A DNA stretch of 64,000 bases from Paraspadella gotoi (GCA_051294375.1 CM119264.1:25534254-25598253), one strand, 5' to 3'. Counted from the stretch's first letter, positions 25,069 through 37,335 are shown. Numbers and translations are program-made. Notes: generated by a model from the sequence alone, not told the origin.

Positions 25069-25147
25069 ACCAATAACAACAACCACAACGCCGAGGACAA
25101 AGAAAGCCAATTTCGGTGACCGCGTCGCCTAGCGACAAATAAACAAA
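25069..25147 (-). promoter_or_regulatory. Candidate MAP3K19 promoter or first non-coding exon with X-box, forkhead and CCAAT motifs
   Basis: GTCGCCTAGCGAC at 25124-25136, ATAAACAAA at 25139-25147, CCAAT at about 25107-25111, and a minus-strand donor TTG|gtgagg at 25070-25069, all in a CpG-containing patch about 4.2 kb upstream of the ATG. Confidence 0.45.
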
Positions 25148-25969
25148 CGGGGAGAACAAAGCCCGCGATTTAATTATCGCTTGGCCGTGGAGGGAAGGAG
25201 TAATTCCGCGTAGAGGCCGATGTTTGCATTTAATTATAGTCGTCGTCGTCATCGTTGTCGTCGTTATCGTCCTTGTCTATCGATAGCGAAGTCCGTTGTT
25301 AATTGGGGTTTTGTTTAATGATTAATCAACGGATTTTGTTGTGAGAAAAAATCCTAGTATACCGGATATTGAAAGAGTAGTTTTACGATTTTTAAATTCA
25401 TTAGACTTTTAAAATTATGAAATATTACTCAATCTTTGTAAGCCTATTTATCTGTTTAAAATTAAAAACGCCATTTATTACGTGGTAATTTAACGGAAAG
25501 GAACCCGCCTCCACGAGGGAATTGTCCAATATTATTACGAGTGTTTAACGCTTTTGAAAGTAACGGAAAGCGCATCGCGTGCCGAAAACTTTTTAAAGAA
25601 TGAATTTGAGCAGGAAATGATAATTAGTAGGACGCGACTTTAAAAAATGAAAATTAATAATTACGATTTAAAAAACATCAATTTCAATTTTGTAAAAATT
25701 CATTTTAGGTTAATTACATTTTGCGTATATGTAAGATTAAAAGAAGTAATTACTTTACGCAGGATTAAAAGTTAACCGGCTTAACCTTTTTTGTTGTTTT
25801 GAAAAAAACTCGGACACGTTTCCACGCAACTTGAAAACTGTGAACAAAAGACGTTAAATTTTGCTTCGTCTACTCGAGATGTCAGCCGAATCCATTACGA
25901 AGAGAGAAAAAAAGAACATTTCGAGAGTTTTATGTTAATAAGGCAGTTAGCAACTGGCCCCTCAGCGAC

Positions 25970-26042
25970 GGTTCAATGGTGTAGTGGTTATCACGTCTGC
26001 TTTACACGCAGAAGGTCGCGAGTTCGAGCCTCGCTTGAACCT
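25970..26042 (+). tRNA. tRNA-Val(TAC)
   Basis: Sequence GGTTCAATGGTGTAGTGGTTATCACGTCTGCTTTACACGCAGAAGGTCGCGAGTTCGAGCCTCGCTTGAACC-T. It has a 7-bp acceptor stem GGTTCAA/TTGAACC, anticodon loop TTTACAC, T-arm GCGAG-TTCGAGC-CTCGC, A and B boxes, and a TTTT terminator at 26049-26052. Confidence 0.96.
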
Positions 26043-26173
26043 GTCTCATTTTCGAACATTTTTTAAAAAACAAAACTGGTATAGTATAACAAACGTATAA
26101 CATTATTAAATATTTAAATCGTTACAATAATTCAAGACTTAACAAAGATAAAACAGATCAATAACAATTTTCA

Positions 26174-27255
26174 TTAAGCTTCGCAGTCACGGAGAATTCT
26201 CCATCGGCGTTCATTGATTTCCATCGCGAGTTCGGGAAGGATATTGCTTTGGAAAAAGTCGGTCGCCACGATGTTCATGTTGAGCCAATCTGGGTGAAAG
26301 AAATCGCTTGGCAAATTAAATCAAGCAGCCCTTGAGAAGTTTCCTGATGAGGTAATTAGTTTAAAGTATCTATTATGGTGGACTAAAATCCACCAACCGT
26401 TCATCAGCGGCCATTGGTGCCGGAAGCAAGTCATTCGCCTCCCAACACAAAGGTCCGGGGTTCTAGCCCGGTGGTCGTCTGGCAGTTAAGAGGGACGGGG
26501 CGCTTAACCCGCCTGTAACATGGTGTTACAGCCTGATCCGAAGCTCAGGGACTGCTTATATTGAACGGTTCTGTCATTAACACTTATCAATAATTACTGT
26601 CTCTTCACTATGCGTGTACCAGTTCTTACTCAGAGTTACTTATGGCTACAAGAACTTGGTTCTTTTGATTTTAGAATCATCATATAATGATAATCCTACT
26701 TATTTTATCTTATTATGAAATTGGTATAACCATTATATAAATTATCCATTCATTTAATAAATAAGCTATCTTGCCCCTGGCTTTGGTTTAAGGCCTCATA
26801 TTATTATCTTATTAAACTATTTTCATCGTAATAACTAAAAAACCAACCGATTTGAGTAAATNNNNNNNNNNTGTCTCTTCACTATGCATGTACCAGTTTT
26901 TACTCAGAGTTACTTATGGCTACAAGAACTTGGTCCTTTTGATTTTAGAATCATCATATAATGATAATCCTACTTATTTTATCTTATTATGAAATTGGTA
27001 TAACCAATATATAAATTATCCATTCATTTAATAAATAAGCTATCTTGCCCCTGGCTTTGGATTAAGGTGGTTTAAGGCCTCATATTATTATCTTATTAAA
27101 CTATTATCATCGTAAAAACTAAAAAACCCACCGATTTGAGTAAATCTTCGATGAATATTGGTAACAAGGGAGACAGGAGTGAGAATCGGTTGTGAGACCC
27201 AAATCTCCTTGTGATTTGTCGTCGTTTCATCGCTGAATACATAAAAAAACATTTT

Positions 27256-27316
<61 letters not shown>

Positions 27317-29785
27317 AACCTGATCAATTTCTTCATTCTGACCAGGGAGCGAGTGTTGGGCCACACGTGAGGTATTCCGTCCCACGGTTTGGGATTGAGT
27401 TCATCCAGCGAACATAATACGTGAAGCTGGGATAAGAGTTTAATCGTGATAAGAAATTATCGTTTGGATTTGAAAACTATCATTGTCGAGAATTTTGCGA
27501 AGTTTATTTTGTTTCGTTAAAATGTTTTAGACATCCAAATCCAAAGCTAAAATTATAAGATTTATAGCTTTTTTATACATAATATACATTTATTAAGAGC
27601 TGAATAAACTTTCATTGAACTCACAGAACATTCAAAAGCAACGATTGCTCGTTTGTTTCTCGCCAAAAGCTCCCCTAGCGATCGATGCCGATCCTCACGG
27701 GGAATCCAAAGCTCGCCCAGTTTATTCTTTTTAGAAACAAAAAATATGAACATTAGAAGATATGTATAAATATATTATATTTATCTCATTTAATAATACT
27801 TACGACGATTAATTCATGAAGATCCCGAAAGTGACTCTTCTCCGTCATTCCCATGAGGAAGTGATGAAAATCCAGAATTACAAATTCTCGAGGATATTCG
27901 GTTAAAAATCTCGTGACGTCGTCCAGCAAACTCTCTAAAAACCAAAATGTTTGAAAATTATTTTATATTTTCACTCCGTCACCTTCTTCAAACGTACCAA
28001 TTGACGTATCGGCCCAAAATACGTTGTGTACGATTATAAAGGCGGCTGGGTTTTGAGGATCTCGCCCAACCCGAATGTCGAGGTAGCGAACGCCGCGCAA
28101 AAGCTGAGTATAGATCCCTGGATATATATGAAAGTTGCAAAATTACTTGTTTCACTTATGCCAACAGCCGGGTTGCCCGACATGCTCATTAGGATGGGGC
28201 ATCTCACTGTTGGCTTTGGGGGCTTTTTTAGATTTAAAAATAACTATTATTTATTTATTTTATTTATTTTTTAAAACGTTTTTTGTTAAATATTTAAATA
28301 TAATATTATACTTTTGGAAATAGAGGGTGTATCTACACAACACAAGGTTAGATTACTTTCTGTTCCAGTTTTCTAATAAATATCGTACATCATTCCTGTT
28401 AGATAATTAGATAATTATGAGTAACACATAATATCTACAAGGCCAAACAAAAAAGGGGGGGTAATTAAGGTTATATGTATGATTATTTTTATCCTAATTT
28501 CTCAACATAACTTATTTTAATTAGTTTTTGGGAATTTTTTTGACAAATTACTAATTCATTTCGGCCACCTTTAAGCTTTTTGAGCACATTTTTTCGTGCA
28601 TTTTGTTTTAAAAATTATGCAAACTGCCCTCTGTAGTTGACTTCTTTGAACTACACAAACAAAAGTTATTTCGCGAGATTAGTAACTTTACGAAACCAAG
28701 TAGAATAAGAAACAACCAATCCATATAATATTCATTTAATTTCCAAAGTCAAGGGAAAGATAGCTTATTTATTAAATGAATGAAAATTTTGAATATTGGT
28801 TGTACCAATTTCATAGATATATTACGAAGTCAACAAATTTCTTCCTCAATATGTTACAAACCTACCAAGGTAAGTAAACTACTTACCCAGACTCTGCGTC
28901 CGCGTGAAAGGTGAGGCCAAAACGTCGAGCATCGTCGCGGAACCGGAATCGTGAGTTCCGGGAATCAAAATCTCGTGAAGGCGAAATCGGGAAATATACG
29001 GCCAAGATCTGTGGTGGGGGAGGGAGTGGGGGGAAGGGGGGAGCATTTGGCTTGGAAATTTCTGAGGTCATTTTTCATGATTTAGCCTTGAACAGCTAAT
29101 GCCATTAAGCGTTAGCAATATCAATGTGTACATTCCAAGTTTAATAATTATTTCCTTTTAATTCTAATCTTGCCTTAGCTTCTACATTAAATTTTAGCCA
29201 TTCAGCATCCCTTGCTTATTAATTGTATTAACACCCTGCCTGCTAAAATATACATGAACTAAAATGAATACATATTCCTCATAGAGTACGCTCCTTCCCC
29301 TTTCATTCTCATCAGTCCACATAATTCTAATCATTGAAACTCAATATTTTATTCCTCTTTAATTCTGCTCAGATTTTTTTTTCATTCTAATAATTTTATC
29401 TCATTCATTCTACCCATTGTTATTGTAATTCTACGTTGTAATTGAACTCATTCTTTCCCTTCTTTAATTCTGCTCACATTCTCTTCTTTCTCATTCTACC
29501 CTCACTTCATTCTAATCTTTAAAACGCATCCTTCTTCCCTTCTTTAATTCTCCTCACATTCTCTTCTTTCTCATTCTACCCTCACTTCATTCTAATCTTT
29601 AAAACGCATCCTTCTTCCCTTCTTTAATTCTCCTCGCATTCTCTTCCTCAAAATCATTCTACCTCATTCTTCTCTTTCATCGCTCATTCGTTTGTCCCGA
29701 CGATTATTCTCCTCACCTCTCCATCCAATCAGGATAAATTCGGAGGCAGTTGATGGCGGCGACGTCATATTCGCTAAATTGGCAA

Positions 29786-29824
<39 letters not shown>

Positions 29825-32560
29825 TAAAAAAAAATCAATTCTGGTAATTGAATGGAGTGAATAAAGACAAGCTGGCAACCGTTGTCCTCGTAAAAAGAAG
29901 ATAGAACTCTCGTCCGTTCTCGTTCTCCTTTTTTTTCTCTCCAGGCGTCTCACTCTCAAACTCTCTCTACTCTCTTTCAACCACTCAAAACAATCAAGTT
30001 TTCCAATTTTGTTTTGTCGCATAGAAAGATCGGAACATGTAGGCGTCGCTGCCGTTGTCGATAAATTATCAAAGGAAACCCTCGAGCCTCTCTCTCTCTA
30101 TCTCACTCTGTCTCGCTCTCATTGTTCCCCCCCTTGTTTTTTTTATTCCTCCATAGATCTTATTTAATCTTTCTTCCCTTTCCTCTTTTTTTTTCTCTCC
30201 CCCCCCTTTTTCCTTTATTTGTTGTGATTCTTCTCTCCCTTTGGTGTTTTGATTCATCGCTCATTTTGTTTACGATTTACGGCTCTGACGCCTGCTCATT
30301 GCTCAACTGTTTGGCGGGGCTCCATCTGTGGTAGGCGGCGTAAAACGGGAGGCACCTTCGCGGGTGAGTCGTCGCCCGCGTCGTCGCGGAGAGGGTGAGG
30401 TTCACGCGGAGCTGAAGGAAGGGGTGAGGGTAAAAAGGGTGAGGAGGATTCGTTTTAAATTGTGTCAAATAGGGGGTGAGGTTTTAAAAGAAATATGGAG
30501 GTTGTGAAAGTAAGCTAATGAAAAGTAATTTTGGGGTTTGGCTGAGATAAAGATTTTGAGGTCTACTTAAAGTTATTCAGAGTTTATTATAGTCGAGTGG
30601 CTTAGCCTGAGGGCGAACAGGTGAAAATGTTGTCAAATATTTGAAAAAATATGAATTTGCTAATTTAGTATAAAACAAGTCCAACCAAGAAAAAATGTAT
30701 TCCATGAGCGACTAAATTAGTACGTACGAAATCAGAGGAAGAGAAAGTGAGACACAGATATGGAGACGAGATTGATAAGAGAAAAAGATACGAGAAGAGA
30801 CTACATTCACTGCTGAAAATTCATCCTTGTTCCACTAGAAATATTGAAAAAAAATTCATTTGAAACTTTCAATTTCAAACACAAATTCAATCCGATAATA
30901 ACCTCAAAAAATTATTTTCAACTAAAACATTTTGGTCCCTCTCGACTTTCGGAATTATTCGAATTGCAGATAAGAATCCTAACCTCGATGCAAAACTAGC
31001 GAACTTACTTGCTGTCCGAAAATGGCGGCAGATCCAGTCGACCCGCGACTTCGTCCGCTCGTCCACTGCCACTCGATTGGGGAAGGGGGTCGAGGTCGTC
31101 CCTCGAAGTCCTCGGGGAATCCTGGAAGGGAAAGGGAGGATAGATATGGGTTAGATTGGGGTAATATTATGGGAGGAGATTGGGTAATATTATGGGAGGA
31201 GATTGGGGGAAGATTGGGGGAAGATTGGGGAAGATTGGAGGAGGAAATTGAAGAGAGATTGGGTAATTTTAAGGGAGGAGATTGGGAGGAGATTGGGGGA
31301 AGATTGGGGGAGGAAATTGAAGAGAGATTGGGGTAATTTTTAAGGGAGGGGGAAGATTGGGGAGAGTTTCGGGGACAAATCGGTGCCGGACATTGGTGAA
31401 GAATTTGTGGGGAAATTTGTGGTTGGTGCGGGGTATTTAAGGAGGACAAGGAGAGGGAAAGTTAAGGAAAAATGTAAATGTAAAATCACTGGGGTCAATA
31501 TGTTTTTATGAGTATGATAATATTGTATATATATATATATATATTATATATTAACTATATAAACCGGGATATTGAACTATACAGGAGAAGTGTCCGATGT
31601 AAAGAGAAGAACAGGCAGCGAAGTGAAAGAGGATGGAGAAATGCTGAGAAGGAAACCGAATGAAGAAATAAGAGGAAAGGAAATTGACGAGAACCAAACT
31701 TGGAATCGGAATTACGAACAGAAAGAGCGAGTCAGTCGAGAGAAATAATAGGACGTCTCTCTCTCTCTCTCCCTCTCTCTCTTTGATTTGCCTCCCGCCC
31801 TGAGAGGCCCATTTACCCTGGTACAATCCAACCCAGTCCCAATTAGATCCGGGGTAATCGACTCTTTCCTCGGATTCGCAGTCCCAATTGACGACGGAGA
31901 TGCGTCGTCGGCGGATCCGACAAACAAATCGAGGATGACTTTTTGTGGAGGGGGGGGGGAGTTGGGGGAGAAATGGTGAAAGGGAGGGGGATAGGAAAAG
32001 GGGAAGAGGGAAGGGATGAATTGGGGAAGGAAGAAGGGATAAATTTGGATGAGATTAAATGGGATAAATTACATGAATGAAAACAAAAAAAAATTGCGAT
32101 TTATTAAGCATAATTCACACGTTGAGTATCAAAATAATAAATACATATATGTATTTTATACGCTTTACATTGACACCCATGTAGTTTACCTGGTTCCCTC
32201 CGCCTTCCCGTTTCATAGTGGGCGTACAAAACGAGTTCAGAGGCTCTTGAGTTATGAACAAGCGAATTCCCTGGCCTAGCCTCGCTTCCGGGGAATAATC
32301 CTTATAATTAAAACTTCAATTAATTAAATGAAGTTGAATTAAAGCAATTAAAAAGTTAACATTAAAAAAGTCGGATTAATAAGGAATCTTCAAAAATATG
32401 ATAATAGATAATAATCGATGGTTTAGTTCGAATTTAAATGAAACTTTGTCCTTACAATCACCTTCACAAGTTGCTCGTAGTTCGGAAAAGTTTCGAATTC
32501 CGCCACAAAGGAGAAAAGATAAAGAAGTAATCCGGTCATGACGATTTTTGGTCCTTGCAT
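26174..32560 (-). CDS. PI-PLC X-domain-containing protein (PLCXD-like, invertebrate type with N-terminal extension), 13 exons
   Basis: Exons (minus strand): 32560-32462, 32270-32190, 31938-31817, 31121-31009, 30411-30308 (or -30281), 29773-29717, 29008-28887, 28117-27998, 27934-27804, 27726-27625, 27426-27320, 27232-27132, 26289-26174. All introns are GT-AG and phase-consistent except for one extra base in exon 3. Motifs: NCLRIYPDWM, LIPGTHDSG, TQ, IYTQLLRGVRYLDIR, IVHN, FL-EFVILDFHHF, WPNT, WVSQPILTP, NIVATDFF. Exons 1 and 2 are less certain. Confidence 0.9.
26407..26560 (+). mobile_element. tRNA-derived SINE-like element or tRNA pseudogene (Gly-CCC-like head, 26407-26479) in the last PLCXD intron
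   Basis: Acceptor-like stem GCGGCCA/TGGTCGT, T-arm CCGGG-GTTCTAG-CCCGG (B box) and TTCGCCTCCCA resembling the tRNA-Gly anticodon region. The D and anticodon stems are broken. A GC-rich body follows, with the hairpin CTGTAACA-TGG-TGTTACAG. Confidence 0.55.
26862..26871. other. Assembly gap (others at 50482-50506, 60185-60209, 62713-62737)
   Basis: Runs of N in the sequence. Confidence 0.99.
29452..29650. repeat. Tandem repeat of about 78 bp (about 2.5 copies) in a PLCXD intron
   Basis: ttcccttctttaattctcctcacattctcttctttctcattctaccctcacttcattctaatctttaaaacgcatcc recurs directly. Confidence 0.8.
31150..31365. repeat. G-rich degenerate tandem repeat (GGGGAAGATT-like) in a PLCXD intron
   Basis: Repeated gattggggaa/gattgggagga units. 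Confidence 0.8.
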
Positions 32561-33790
32561 AACTTTAGTCAAGACTGTTTCGCCGCAATTAGAGTTTGAT
32601 TTTTTTTTTTTTTATGTTCGTTTGTCGATTTCCAAACTGTTCCGTGTTCGACGGTCGGCGATCATTTTTGCTCCTTCCTCTATGCGATAGGATAGTCGCA
32701 AATCTGATTAATTCACATTTGGGTTTCGCATTTACTTTTAGATTTTCATTCTTTGGATGTAAATAAACGAAAGTCCGGGAGAGAAGAATGGAAATCTCTC
32801 AAGGGCCGTAAACAATAGCGCGAGCTTATGACCCAAAAAATTTTAAGGACGATTTAAGAAAAGAATTTGCGTAAGAGATATCGGCTGGAAAATTGAGAGA
32901 AATTTGAAAAAAAAATATTCGCGCGCTTTTAAAGTTCTTTTCGAATCCAAAAAAGATGGAAGTTTTAATTTATATCTTATAGATTATTGAAAAATATTGA
33001 CTTTTTAGAACTTGACTCCTTAACGTATGGATTTCAAACATCTCTTCTCGATCGAGCCTTTCTTAACGTCCGGTGCCAACGATTCCTTAGTTGACAATTA
33101 TGAATCATCAAATATGTACTAGACGTATAGACACGCCAAATAAGTTTTTTCATTTTTGTACTTAAATGACGTCGGCTTTAGATAATTACGAAATTACTGA
33201 AAAAAGGTACGATTTTCATCTCATCTTCAGGAGCGTTGACTTTTAATTATTTCCCTCACGGCCATAAGTGAAATTCGGAAGTCTTTTCATAATTTATTGC
33301 TTTTGTTATCCGGTAATATTAGATATTAAATAAAAACATGAGATTGGAAAAGAAAAGTAAAATCACTTTGGCGATGAGTGAAGCCAAAAGACAATAAAAC
33401 CAATTCATGAATCTTAAATGGAGATTAATATTTTTTGTTGACAAGGCAATAATTTTACATGATAGTGTTTATCCTTGATCTGAAGGGAATTTGAACAATT
33501 TTAAGGTCTGCTCGTAAACTTTATCTTTGAATCCTTTTTTAGTACTGCCAGATCGAAAGGGGACAAATTCTAACTTCTTTAACATTTATTTCAATATTTA
33601 AAGATGGTCAAACTTCAGTAATATTCGTTAATTAATAATTTTTATTAAAAGTGGCTTCTAAATGTAAGCAGTGATGTTTTTTTTCCAAGTATTATTGGTT
33701 CGTAATTTAATCTACCAAAAATTAAAAAAATTACTTTTAATTCATTTTTCGACAGAATGTTGAGTCAAATCGATCTTTGAGAATTTTTTT

Positions 33791-34150
33791 AAAAACGTTT
33801 GAGCCAACAATGTCAGATCTGCCTAATTTAGTGGTAAGTATTTTAGTGGTAATCAGCTAATCCGATGATAAATCACGATAATTCTTTCTGATTTTCAATT
33901 TGTGACCTTAACAAATCATAAAACATGTTAAATCATAACAGACTCCTTCGTAAAATGGAGTTGAATGCTAAAGGGAGGCGGACGGACAGACGGACAGACA
34001 GACAGAGGGACATTATTTTTTTTTTTGCATAATTTACCATAATTCGATGTTCTGATATGATTTAAGTGATTTATCGACAAGATTTTGGGGGTGGGACCGA
34101 CAAAGTGGATTAAAGAGTCGGAATCTGCGATAAGCAGATCCGACCAAAAA
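33791..34150 (-). mobile_element. DINE-1/HINE-like non-autonomous element, family A copy 2
   Basis: The minus strand begins TTTTTG-GTCGGATCTGC-TTATC-GCAGATTCCGAC (hairpin), contains a GTCY microsatellite and ends GCAGATCTGAC...TTTTT. It aligns by eye with 3764-4093. Confidence 0.62.
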
Positions 34151-34491
34151 CGAGTTTTGCACGTTAGAAAAGCAAGCGAGTTAGTACTTTTATTTCTTCG
34201 AGTTTTGTTCATTAGATGGGTTATTGTCCTGAAAGTGGTTGGGCAAGATTTTATTATTTCAAGAACCTTGTTGAAAAGAAATGATTGTTCTGGTGGAAGT
34301 CTGGAAGTCAGCACTACCTACGGCGCCGGAGGTGGCCCATGCTCCTCCCAACATGAAGAACTAGGTTTTCGTGCCCTACACTTTAGGCAGCGCGACGTGT
34401 CGTCTAACCCTCCTGGAGTAACGGATCTTTGGGGTCTTACCGGGCGATGAACTTGATCATCATGAATATACGATTGGACGGATATTAATCG

Positions 34492-34747
34492 TTTTTAGTT
34501 GCGCCACGAGTACTCGCGGAGCAACTCTTTTCGGTCTTTTCGGTCTTTTCGGTCTGTCGGTCGGTCGGTCGGTCTGTCCCTTTTACGTTAAAAATGCTCA
34601 TAACTTGCATATAGTTGATTTCTCATTTGTCAAGACAGGAAAAAACATCAAATCTAAGGGACCGCAAGCGACGACATGTCATGTCTTGTCAAGTCATGTA
34701 ATGTTATGTTATTGCGGCGCAACACATTTGAATTAACGTTCTTGTTT
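34492..34747 (+). mobile_element. DINE-1/HINE-like non-autonomous element, family B
   Basis: Starts TTTTTA-GTTGCGCC...GGAGCAACT (5' inverted repeat), contains (GGTC)n and a 3' subterminal GGCGCAAC, and ends CTTGTTT. Confidence 0.5.
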
Positions 34748-35205
34748 CTGTAATAACCTCCTTCTTATCTTAAGAAATAAAAGCAAAGAGGTTAATTAAA
34801 GTTTACCAAGACAATTCGATCCTCGATACTCGATACTCGTTTCAGACGAGTTTTCCTTTGTATTAAACGTAACCAACCGGTATTTGAGCGACGTTAAAAC
34901 CCGGATTTCAAACTTCTTCAACCAATCATAATTATTATTAAAAAAAATTAGTCGCCAATGAAAGTTTGTAAAAATATAAATCTTGAAAAAAAATTTCGCG
35001 ACGAAGCAAGATTCAGTCTCTGACTGAACCCTACTCAGTAATACTCACAGAACCAGTTCAATCCTTTAATCATTTATGCCCAAACTTCTTTTTCTAATCC
35101 CTAAAATTCTCCAAATCGTCAAATCCAGTTTTTTTCAAACTCGGATGAAAATAGGGTGGGATCTTACTTATTTTACTTTCTGAATGGATATTTTCATTTT
35201 TTACT

Positions 35206-35308
<103 letters not shown>

Positions 35309-36828
35309 TCTTATCAGATATTCGAGTCATGAAGTAAAGTCCGATCATCATTCTCTTCATTCGTCGATCCGGCGAAAAAGGTTATCTCCGATTCTCTTTT
35401 CTTCCTCCTTTTTCCTTTTCTCTCTTTCTCTTCCCCTTCCATTTACTCTCTTCCTCTTTCTTTCTCACTCACTTTCTCCTCCCCTATTTGCTCCGTATGT
35501 AATTCGCCTTTTTATTTTTCTCCCTCGTCAGCCGTCTCCAATCACAGTCAATCACCAATCAGCCACAAACTCCATCAATCACCGATAGCCGTCACTCAAT
35601 TTTAATCATTTCCAACATTTCTTGATACTTTCTCGTAACATTCCCTCACTTTCATTAACATCCTTCTTACGATCCTAATTCTGTCCTGATAAAAAGATTT
35701 CAAGGTTGAAATTAATAGATAAGCCAAAAAATCAAGATATAAAGTATAAAGACAGAACCAGAAAAAAATATGTCACCGTCAGAATTAAACCGACAACCAA
35801 AAAAAAAAAAGTTATCCTTCTCAGAAGCACAATTCTTCTAAACCTCTTCCCACCCCCACCGAGCCCACTCACCCCCTCTCCCACAACCCCGGCGTCCACC
35901 CCCAAAACCCCCTCAACCAACCCCCCCGCCCACTGGGAGAACTCCCTCGAGTCGAACGCCCCGAAAATCCGATATTCGTGAGGCGCATTTCGTCTCTTCG
36001 ACCATCAAACGTTTTCGAAGGGGAAAAAAGTTGTTGTTGTCTTTGTTGTCGTTGTTTTTGCTTTTTCGTGTTTGGGTCGCTTTGAGGTTTGTATTCTGTT
36101 TACGGGTATCGTTGACGTTGTTTGACTTTCTCTTGTCGTCCTTGTTTCGTGTTTTGCCTGGTTCACTGAGTAGTGAGTAGTACACCCCTTTTACATTTTT
36201 ATTTTTGCATTGGGGTTTCTCAAGAAACCTTTGGATTCGTGAACCAGTTTGAACCACGCCATTGAACTTGGCGCTTTACGGTTCAATATATAAGTCGCGA
36301 GAATTGTTCAGGATTTTGTTATATTCAAATACGAAGCCTAAGCCCACGCCTTTCTTAGTCTTACGTACATTCAACGCCACTGAATATAGTGCTCCTTCTC
36401 ACTCACTGCCGCTCTTCAGCTCCACCGACTCTTTCAACGCCCCTTAAACTCTTTCAACACCCCTCCTTCTTCAACTCCTACTTCTTGAGGTTCATTCAAG
36501 CGCCACGAGGAAGTTGATGAGGCGGAAAAAATCCCCTTTCCGTTTTTGATTCTTTCAAATTTGGAAAAAAAAAATTCTTTCTGTTCCTGAAGTCGGTGGT
36601 CCCATGCCTTCTTTATATTTTTTCATGCTCTACTTTTTATAGTTTATTTTTACTTTTTTTAATCCATTTCTTCCAATTTTTCTTATTTTTACTTTTGAAA
36701 ATGATTTAACGTTGTTTCTCCTCCAAACAGGTTCCTTTTTTTTCTAAGTGTAACTTACTTTTTTCTCATTTAATTTTTTCTTCTCTTCCCCTCCATTTCC
36801 TTTCTTTTCCATTCCCTTTCTTTTTCCA

Positions 36829-36941
<113 letters not shown>

Positions 36942-37275
36942 CAACGTCCCTCGATTTTCTTCCCCTTCTGTTTAAAAATTCGATGACGTCAGGTGAAAAA
37001 AAAATCTTGAATTTATTTCTCGTTGCTTCCGAACAAAAGGCGACTCTTTTGTCGCGATGAGACAGATGGCGCTGTCAAAACAAACTCATTTAATTTCGAA
37101 ATGCTGCATTTTACTGTTTGTGAAATTAGATTTTTCCCTTCGAATTATTTTTGAAACTTTTTCCAGCGGTTAGTCGGATAAAAAAACTGGGAACTCCAAG
37201 GCGTGAAATTGTGCAACTGTGAATTATCTCTCTCCTCTTCTCTTCTCTCTTCTTTCATCTCTCTCGTCTCTCTCT

Positions 37276-37335
<60 letters not shown>

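Noticed and set aside
26598-27144. Direct repeat of about 265 bp that duplicates the end of a PLCXD exon
   Set aside because: The two copies directly flank a 10-N gap, which is typical of unmerged contig overlap or allelic ends.
31890-31900. Frameshift in PLCXD exon 3 as programmed recoding or pseudogenisation
   Set aside because: It is a single extra base with no slippery site or downstream structure, the other 12 exons are intact, and the assembly is visibly indel-prone.
34085-34450. ORFs and a GC-rich patch near 34.3-34.45 kb
   Set aside because: They partly overlap a DINE-like repeat, and I found no recognisable domain or consistent splice-site pair.
35900-36090. Cys-string-like reading (CCCLCCRCFC) on the + strand
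   Set aside because: It derives from a (TTG)n-like low-complexity tract and has no start or acceptor support.
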